NCBI GenBank assembly: GCA_050013255.1
Contig: JBEKFP010000001.1
Location: 864,001 to 928,000, forward strand
Origin: Candidatus Bathyarchaeia archaeon
GTDB taxonomy: Archaea > Thermoproteota > Bathyarchaeia > 40CM-2-53-6
DNA: 64,000 bases
Reading direction: 5' to 3'
The translations under genes and the position numbers were made by a program. This document shows positions 18,066-24,877 of the stretch, in pieces (positions within the stretch are counted from its first letter, which is position 1; every line of letters starts with the position of its first letter). The notes beneath the pieces were generated by a model. The model did not search any database. It was not told where the DNA came from and was given only the letters and a program-made list of their open reading frames with translations.

Positions 18066-18895
18066 ATGCTGTAATTGGGACAGCGAGAGACGTCCAGATT
18101 ATCCCGCTGGATCCCAAAAGAGTCATGGTTGTTAGCTGCGATTCTGCTGGCGGCGTAGGCTCGAAGCCTCTAGATAGGGTTAGAGCTAGCCCATTTGTGG
18201 TTGGAAAGTTCACGGCCAGAGTAGCTCTGATGGAGATACTCTCGACGGGTGCAGAGCCGGTTTGTGTAGCAAGTGCACTTGCTGTCGAGCCGAAACCCAC
18301 TGGGAATCAAATCCTTCTGGGGGTTAGGGCTGAAATGAGACACGCTCTGCTTAGTCCAATTACCCCGATTGTCAACAGCACTGAGAAGAACGTCGAAGTG
18401 AAGTCCACTGGTGTAGGCGTAATGGCTGTAGGTATCGCGATTCGGAATCGGCTGCGCGTCGGACGGTGTGAAGCAGGTGACGAGATTCTTGCAATAGGTT
18501 TGCCGCATGTCGGCGGCGAAGTTTTGCGGGCGGAGCAGAGAGGCGTCATCACGAATTCACGGGATGTACGCAGGCTCCTGCGAACAAACATGGTTCACGA
18601 ACTGGTTCCCGCAGGGTCCAGGGGCGTTTTGCACGAGGCACATGTCTTAGCAGCGGATTCGCAGCTTTTCTTAAAGCGTGAGAGAGGCTTGAAGCTTGAC
18701 GTGAGGAAATCCGCTGGCCCGGCGACAGCCATCGTGAGCGCTTGCAAGAGGGGTAGCTTACAGCGAATCGCCGTTTTGACTCACAAGCCAGTTACGAAGA
18801 TCGGGTATCTAGTGCCTGACCAAAACCATCCATACAAGAAACGAAATCGGTCATCCCGAAACCTACTGAGGATGGTGAAACTTCAAATTCAATGA
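18062..18895 (+). CDS. cblS: Alpha-ribazole kinase CblS-like (PurM/AIR-synthase fold)
   Basis: RDV, VSCDSAGGVG.K..D, FTARVALME, STEKN, G.P.VG.EV, PAGSRG, KSAGPAT; TTG at 18062 overlaps the cblT stop (TTGA). Confidence 0.8.
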   Translation: MNAVIGTARDVQIIPLDPKRVMVVSCDSAGGVGSKPLDRVRASPFVVGKFTARVALMEILSTGAEPVCVASALAVEPKPTGNQILLGVRAEMRHALLSPITPIVNSTEKNVEVKSTGVGVMAVGIAIRNRLRVGRCEAGDEILAIGLPHVGGEVLRAEQRGVITNSRDVRRLLRTNMVHELVPAGSRGVLHEAHVLAADSQLFLKRERGLKLDVRKSAGPATAIVSACKRGSLQRIAVLTHKPVTKIGYLVPDQNHPYKKRNRSSRNLLRMVKLQIQ

Positions 18896-18919
18896 ATTAC
18901 ATGGATTAAACGAAGCGTC

Positions 18920-19567
18920 ATGAGAGCCTGTCGTAATTGTGGCACGGAACTAGAAGACCGCTCAGCCTTCTGTCAAGTCTGTGGCGCATCACAACCCCCT
19001 CATGAAGACTCTAGGGCTTCAAAAATGAATCAGCAGGCTGTAATGCCGAAGACCATATTTTACGTCATGATGGTCGCGCTCGCCCTGATGGGCATTCTCG
19101 CAGTTGGACTAGCGGTTCGAGGTCCTGGGACAGTAACACAGACTAATTACGTCACGCAGATGCAGCTCACAACCATCAGCTTCACGTCCAGCACAACAAC
19201 GACTCAGTCATCTACCATCATCGTGGCATCATTTTCGACATTACTCGCTGGGCCACCGGCTAATTGGTTCAACCAGCAATATTGCGGATACCCTTTCAAT
19301 CCGTACCTTTGTAACGAGGGCCCGCCAGTGACAGTGACTGGATATTTGACAAACGACACGTCATGCGTGGATCTATACGTTGGCTCGGGAGAAACTTACG
19401 TGGTGTGGAATCTACCTAAGTCCTATCCTACGGGGGCCTATCAGGTGTATGGATTCCTTTACCCTAACTGGCCACCCACCCAGCCGTTTCCACCCTACCC
19501 GTTCCAGAAGACAATATGTGTTGGAATTCCAATGTGGACAGTTCCACCATACATCCAGAATGCTTGA
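18920..19567 (+). CDS. Zinc-ribbon membrane protein with Cys/Pro/aromatic-rich extracellular domain
   Basis: CRNCG...FCQVCG, one TM helix, Thr-rich linker. Confidence 0.7.
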   Translation: MRACRNCGTELEDRSAFCQVCGASQPPHEDSRASKMNQQAVMPKTIFYVMMVALALMGILAVGLAVRGPGTVTQTNYVTQMQLTTISFTSSTTTTQSSTIIVASFSTLLAGPPANWFNQQYCGYPFNPYLCNEGPPVTVTGYLTNDTSCVDLYVGSGETYVVWNLPKSYPTGAYQVYGFLYPNWPPTQPFPPYPFQKTICVGIPMWTVPPYIQNA

Positions 19568-19615
19568 GTATGTGTGAGCTGTCGTACTGACTAGAGCACT
19601 AGACAGAGTACCAGA

Positions 19616-20542
19616 CTATTGCATGGGTTGTCCTGTACCCACGATGCGTGTCTTCTTGGCATTGAGGTTCAATAAGAGGAAATTATCTTCAGGTGTGTAG
19701 ACGACTGGTTTCTCCGATTCGATGACGATGGTAGTTGCGCCTATTTCGGCGATGCTGACTGGAACCGCCTGCATTCCGACTGTAGCGTGGAAAGTACCTT
19801 GACTGAAATCATCCGAATAGAAGCGGCTTTTCTTGAAAGAGAGCTTAAACGACGTCTCCGTTGTGGCGCTATCTGGGGCGCATAGGATAGACCCCCTCGC
19901 CATTTCGTCAACGGTCGCACCCTTCATGGCTAGGCCGACTCTTGACCCTGCTTCAGCTTGGTCGTAGTCTTCGTCTTGCATTTGTATGGAGCGTACGATT
20001 ACTTCCTTGTTGGCCGGTAGAAGCGTGAGCTCGTCATACTTTTTGACAACGCCTTTTTTCACAAATCCGAGTATGACTTCGCCTACTCCCTTGACGCTGA
20101 AAGAATGGTCTACTACAACTTGGGCGGATGAGGTTGTATCCCTTTCAGGATTAAAGGTCTTGAGAACTTCAAGTAATTTGATTGGATCTCTGCTCTCGGC
20201 AGTGAATGATTTGATGGACGTATCCTTGGTTACCGCTGATATTTGGTCAGGGGTTGCGTATGGTGATGTGACCGCTATTCCTTTAGAAACGCCGAGTAAG
20301 TCAAGCATTACTAGGGTCTCCCCCAATTCCCTAGTCATTCCTGTGAACACCACGATTGCGGCGTCGATGCTGGAGATTATTTGGCTCTTCGCTGTCAGCT
20401 TGTCCCCAACAGGAGATATGAAAGTGAAAATTGCCTCGCTGGTCTTTCGGTTGAACATGGCGAAATCGGATTCGGTGCCTTTCTTTCCCAATTCCGGACC
20501 AAGTGTATCGTCATGGAATAGGCCGACGGTAAGGTGCTTCAT
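19616..20542 (-). CDS. Archaeal SelB-like translation factor (degenerate G domain plus EF-Tu domains II/III)
   Basis: LGKKGTESD, GETLVMLD, VVVDHSFSVKGVGEVILG, VRSIQMQD, GSRVGLAMKG, RG. Confidence 0.85.
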   Translation of the reverse strand: MKHLTVGLFHDDTLGPELGKKGTESDFAMFNRKTSEAIFTFISPVGDKLTAKSQIISSIDAAIVVFTGMTRELGETLVMLDLLGVSKGIAVTSPYATPDQISAVTKDTSIKSFTAESRDPIKLLEVLKTFNPERDTTSSAQVVVDHSFSVKGVGEVILGFVKKGVVKKYDELTLLPANKEVIVRSIQMQDEDYDQAEAGSRVGLAMKGATVDEMARGSILCAPDSATTETSFKLSFKKSRFYSDDFSQGTFHATVGMQAVPVSIAEIGATTIVIESEKPVVYTPEDNFLLLNLNAKKTRIVGTGQPMQ

Positions 20543-20667
20543 GCCGCTTCGAACAGGAATGGTGGCATATCAACTCTCATGTAAGTGGATTTTGTTTTCC
20601 GAAGTTGAGTCGGAAAGATTACCTAGCCATAGCGGCATAGTCGGTTCGACGATCGAGGGGGACATAA

Positions 20668-20994
20668 GTGGAGGAAGAGCATGAGATTACGGTGAAGGAT
20701 CTGAAACGTCTCCTCGACAGCGGGGTTCATGTCAACCTCATAGATGTGAGAGAACCGCACGAATATGACTTCTGCCACATAGCAGACAGCAGGCTAGTGC
20801 CCGTACGCCAAATTCCGGACCACGTCAATGAATTCAACCTTAACGAAGAGTACGTCTTCTACTGCCACGTGGGGGAGCGAAGCGGATGGGCGGTCAACTT
20901 CCTTCGGCAACTCGGATTTAAGAAAGTCAGGAATTTGCTGGGCGGCGTTGATGCGTGGGCAATCGAAATAGACCCAACAATGCCGCGATATTGA
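20668..20994 (+). CDS. Rhodanese-domain sulfurtransferase (MoeB C-terminal-like)
   Basis: LIDVREPHEY, YCHVGERS active loop, NLLGGVDAWAIEIDPTMPRY. Confidence 0.9.
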   Translation: MEEEHEITVKDLKRLLDSGVHVNLIDVREPHEYDFCHIADSRLVPVRQIPDHVNEFNLNEEYVFYCHVGERSGWAVNFLRQLGFKKVRNLLGGVDAWAIEIDPTMPRY

Positions 20995-21011
20995 TTTCGA
21001 CTCATCTGTTC

Positions 21012-21299
21012 TTAGCCGACTTCTTGAAATTGCCGAACGATTGGAGGAACAAGGCTTATGCTGCTCTTCGATGGCGAGGTACTCAACTTCGCCATTCCGG
21101 CTTCGAATGATTCCTTGTCTCGCCAAATAGAGATTCCAACGAGGTTCTTCGTTCCTTCTTCACGAAGAACGAAAACGTTTACGAGTCCAGGCTGTGCAGC
21201 AAGCGCTTTGGCGAAGGATTTCATTCGTTCCTTAAGTTCGTGTTCCTTTCCAGGTTGCGGTTCGGCTGTTGCCATATTGATGAATGCCATATTTCCCAT
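21012..21299 (-). CDS. ABM (antibiotic biosynthesis monooxygenase) family protein
   Basis: PGKE, QPGL, ISIWRDKESFEA pattern. Confidence 0.75.
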   Translation of the reverse strand: MGNMAFINMATAEPQPGKEHELKERMKSFAKALAAQPGLVNVFVLREEGTKNLVGISIWRDKESFEAGMAKLSTSPSKSSISLVPPIVRQFQEVG

Positions 21300-21536
21300 C
21301 TTTGTTCGTTGATAAGTAATCGGATATTTCAGTTAACGTGCTCACTGAAGATTTTCTCGAGGGTCCTAAAGGCCGCGCTCCAAGCATGCATGAAGTATTT
21401 CCTAGCCTTATGCCACTCAGGTGAGTTACCCCAACCAGAATGAATCAAAAGTACTGCAGTAGACGCGGTCGGACCATTACTAATAGGAATGAAGGACATC
21501 ACGCGGCTCCGTTATCGAGCTATTGAGTTGAGTGGC

Positions 21537-22034
21537 TCACAGTTCGCGCTTCATTTCCCACGTGCGTTTGAATTCTTGTCGGATGTAAATTCCTCTCCCC
21601 ATGGAGCTCGCATGGAGCCTGATCTCTCCGTAACCGTTGCTCTTCGCCCACTTCATCGCTTCGGTAACGATCCGAGAGGCTAGACCTAGCCTGCGCCACT
21701 TGGGCTCTGTGTACATTGATAGAAGATAGGGTTGAACTAGGTGCCGCACTCCAGGTTCCGAGACGGCGGGCCGCAACCACACAATTGCGCCAGCTACCAC
21801 ATCTCCCACGTCTGTTTCTACAACCCATCCCACAACTGTCTTACTCTTCAGACGTAGCTGAACCCATCGCCGAAAAGTTCTATCATGCTCGTCGAGTTTG
21901 ATCCGGTTTCGTTCACCCATACCGAACCACATACCTCGGCGTTGTCGAACTAGCACGTCGAGGTCACGGCGCGTCGCACGGCGCAGCTTCACACGAGCTC
22001 CCTTGCGGTTTTGGCGTCGCTGTGTTTCAGGCAT
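21537..22034 (-). CDS. GNAT N-acetyltransferase
   Basis: LRRAT..D, MYTEPKWRRLGLA (acetyl-CoA motif A), LHASSMGRGIY; start uncertain (22034 or 22100). Confidence 0.85.
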   Translation of the reverse strand: MPETQRRQNRKGARVKLRRATRRDLDVLVRQRRGMWFGMGERNRIKLDEHDRTFRRWVQLRLKSKTVVGWVVETDVGDVVAGAIVWLRPAVSEPGVRHLVQPYLLSMYTEPKWRRLGLASRIVTEAMKWAKSNGYGEIRLHASSMGRGIYIRQEFKRTWEMKREL

Positions 22035-22106
22035 GTGCTTGAACCCGGCTTGCAAAGAGGGCAGAAGTGGAGATAGTGATTGTGTGCCTTTGTAAATCAA
22101 ATCTAT

Positions 22107-23501
22107 TCAGTAATTTTCGGAGGGGGTTGCAGACATTCCAATCAGGTAGGCTCCGAACGTGATGAACCAGATTGACTCGGGCAGCACAATAATTCTCTCT
22201 GCGAAGCCTTTCCCTAAAGCGAAGAAAATAGATGCGACTGGAGCAACAAAGAGGCCAGCGTATAGTATGACCATTCCGATTAGCATCATTACGCCGAAGA
22301 TTAGGGAGAAGTACCTGAACAGGCCTTTGACGAGCCTTATGGAAACGAGTAGCGATGAGATTGCGCCAAAGGCGAATGCCAGCAACGACAACACGAGATG
22401 CGCATCGTAGAACGTATTCTCATTCAATGCTGCTATGCCCAATAGGCCCACGCCCGTTAGGGCGAAGGTGACGAGTAGCTCTCTATGTCCCCTGCCAAAA
22501 TCGGATAGGGCAAGACCAGCTATGATCACTAGTACTCCTGTGACGAGCACACTCGCAGTCCATACGATTGCGGATTGCGGTTGGACGCCTAAGTCGCTTA
22601 CGAAATTCAGTCGCAAGTTGTAGTTCGGGTACAGGCCTTCCGCTATCGAAGTGAAGAAGATTGATTGTATCCAAGCAAGAAGGAAGAGGGCGCCTGCCAG
22701 CTTACGGTTTCTATTCTGGCTGCCAATCGTTCCTTTCTTCGAGATCCTCTTCGACTCCCGAGTTGGGGTGGTTTCGGGATGAATGGCTTGGTCATATTCG
22801 GAGTACGGCGCAGCGGCTACCGCTTCACTTCCTGCGGGAGCGGCGCCCTTCCCAAAGTAGGATTTCACCCTTCCCCTAGTCAAGTAGAAGATGAAGACTG
22901 CGTAGATTACAATCCCTACCAATCCGAACCCAATAATCAGGCCTGCAGCGGATACTATGAGGCCAATGATTGAGGAAATGAGTGTCCAAGTCCAAGCCCA
23001 GCGACGGCCCTTCCAGAGTCCAAAGCCGAGCACGAATGAAATTATCGCAAATATCAGAGGTATAATTGAGAGAAGCAAGAGGAAAGTCCCTGCCAATTGT
23101 AGACTGGGCAGGAAAGCCAGCATAGGGAGCGTGACTGCCCCAAGAAAGAGGAATAAAGCTGCTGTGCCAATATCCACGGCCCCTCCGAGAAACATTAGAA
23201 TCGAAAGTACCGCAACGCCAGTGGGCCTTTGGGTGCCCCGCTCTGGCGGCATTGGCTGTGGCATCACAGGTTCTACAGGCGGTGCGAACGCAGGTTGTGG
23301 TTCTGGAAGTGGAACCTCACGAGATTCACTACGAGTGGGATAAGAAGCGGGGGCAACAGGAGGAGCTATAACAGTTCGCGTTGGCTGAGGGCGCAGCGAA
23401 GGTTGTATGTAAACCGGTTGAAGTGTTCGTCCACAGTTAATGCAGAAATTCTGGTTTGCCGAGATCGGTTTTCCGCAACCGTCGCAAAAAGGCGTAATCA
23501 T
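22107..23501 (-). CDS. Zinc-ribbon / Pro-rich / 4-TM / DUF998-like membrane fusion protein
   Basis: CDGCG...CINCG; RPTGVAVL and GLWKGRRWAW; second membrane domain YPNY...NFVSDLG, AH, GFAERI. Confidence 0.7.
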   Translation of the reverse strand: MITPFCDGCGKPISANQNFCINCGRTLQPVYIQPSLRPQPTRTVIAPPVAPASYPTRSESREVPLPEPQPAFAPPVEPVMPQPMPPERGTQRPTGVAVLSILMFLGGAVDIGTAALFLFLGAVTLPMLAFLPSLQLAGTFLLLLSIIPLIFAIISFVLGFGLWKGRRWAWTWTLISSIIGLIVSAAGLIIGFGLVGIVIYAVFIFYLTRGRVKSYFGKGAAPAGSEAVAAAPYSEYDQAIHPETTPTRESKRISKKGTIGSQNRNRKLAGALFLLAWIQSIFFTSIAEGLYPNYNLRLNFVSDLGVQPQSAIVWTASVLVTGVLVIIAGLALSDFGRGHRELLVTFALTGVGLLGIAALNENTFYDAHLVLSLLAFAFGAISSLLVSIRLVKGLFRYFSLIFGVMMLIGMVILYAGLFVAPVASIFFALGKGFAERIIVLPESIWFITFGAYLIGMSATPSENY

Positions 23502-23557
23502 CCCTTCCAGAACATCACCGCAGGGCCCAGAATAAAACCATGGCCCTATGCATACGC

Positions 23558-24682
23558 CTAGTTATTCATCCGGCGTCTCGCCATTGCGAGGACCGTCAGG
23601 CCTATGATAAGACCTGCTACGATTGATTCCCACGGAAATCCCGGGATCGCTGGAACCACGAGCGGTGTTGTGTTAGATGATGTGACTATCGTGGAGGTTT
23701 GGACTTGTATTGAAGTAGCAATAGATGAGCTGCTCGTAGCACTGTTACTGACTGTAGTGCTTGAGGTCGTTGACGCAATGTTTGATGAGGGCGTTGCAGA
23801 TGTGGTTGACGTTGAACTCGAACCGGAATTCTCTGAAGCAAGTTGGGGTTCTTGTGTCCACATCCAAGTCTGTGGGGGTGTCGTGCGTGTCACATTGCTA
23901 CCGGCATCAGCTTGGTAGGCACCACCGCCGAGATATTGTACGTTTGAATCTTGGCAGACATTGCCGCCGTAGGTAGCTTCTGCTTTGGTGGGGGCGTGGT
24001 TCCCTCCAGCGTTCAAGGCGTAGGGGTGCGAGAAAATCACGCTCGTAGGCGTCGTATTGCAAGACGCTGCCGTTGAATATTCATCCCAAGTAGAAGAATT
24101 CGTGCTCAGCTGGTTGTAAGCGGGGGAGACGAGTATGTCTCCGATAGTTGTGCTGGAATTTGCGGAATAATCGTAGATGCGACCCTGCCACTGTTCATTT
24201 CCGCCGCTGTCCGGCAGCCTTGAAAATTGAAGTTGGTAGTTCGACCCTAGATTCCAATCATAGATTATGAAACATTGATATCCATTGCCCGATCTCAGGA
24301 ATGAAATGCCCGCCGTGCATCCACCAGTTGGGTTACTGGTAGTTGCGTTCGTTGCGTCAAACACGCCCATTGTGGCAACCTTAGGCATCCCACCAATTCC
24401 GAACGCAACGAATCCTCTCTCCCCATTCATGAATGTGAATTGATATCCCCAAAATATGGAAGCGCCCGACTCAGGGGCCCGAATAACCTTGAGGTCAACG
24501 CTCATCGAATAACTATCGTTTAGGGGCCATAAGAGTTGAACGTCCGTATCTGGAGCCAGCGTATTGAAGTGGCCATAAGCTGGGTGCGCCCCAACCTGGA
24601 GTAGCACTCCTACCAGAAGCAGAGACACTACAACTGCGAAGGTCGCCCGTCTGTTCAAGCAAATCCTCTCATCAAGGCCCAT
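23558..24682 (-). CDS. Exported beta-sandwich protein (DUF3472-like) with Ser/Thr linker and PGF-type sorting signal
   Basis: Signal peptide ending AYG|H; FWGYQF.F.NG, Cys pairs; C-terminus IPGFPWESIVAGLIIGLTVLAMARRR. Confidence 0.7.
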   Translation of the reverse strand: MGLDERICLNRRATFAVVVSLLLVGVLLQVGAHPAYGHFNTLAPDTDVQLLWPLNDSYSMSVDLKVIRAPESGASIFWGYQFTFMNGERGFVAFGIGGMPKVATMGVFDATNATTSNPTGGCTAGISFLRSGNGYQCFIIYDWNLGSNYQLQFSRLPDSGGNEQWQGRIYDYSANSSTTIGDILVSPAYNQLSTNSSTWDEYSTAASCNTTPTSVIFSHPYALNAGGNHAPTKAEATYGGNVCQDSNVQYLGGGAYQADAGSNVTRTTPPQTWMWTQEPQLASENSGSSSTSTTSATPSSNIASTTSSTTVSNSATSSSSIATSIQVQTSTIVTSSNTTPLVVPAIPGFPWESIVAGLIIGLTVLAMARRRMNN

Positions 24683-24877
24683 GAGAGCATGGCAGATGAT
24701 GGCTGTGAGTTGGACATTGGGGGTGGTCGACCGTGGACACTACGGCAACTCAAACGCATATTTCTGAAATCTTGACGCGCTGCATGCCATAGAGTCTACG
24801 ATTTTTTAGGCGTTTAGACATACAGACTCAAGAGGCTGGCATTAGGTTGCAGGTCGGGGGAGGAGCAGATAGGGTAC

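Noticed and set aside
20640-20660. GGTTCGA as a tRNA T-loop (also near 2214)
   Set aside because: No cloverleaf; the 2214 copy lies inside the PIN gene.
19616-20667. Selenocysteine system (true SelB, SECIS)
   Set aside because: Protein is short with a degenerate G domain; no convincing SECIS, tRNA-Sec, SelD or in-frame TGA readthrough seen.
19986-20684. Long antisense ORFs (e.g. 19986-20684, 42925-43488, 45944-46513, 26805-27323, 5845-6405)
   Set aside because: Shadows of well-supported genes on the opposite strand, with no recognisable motifs.
24695-24768. C/D-box sRNA (ATGATGG ... CTGA)
   Set aside because: Imperfect C box and no internal D'/C' boxes.
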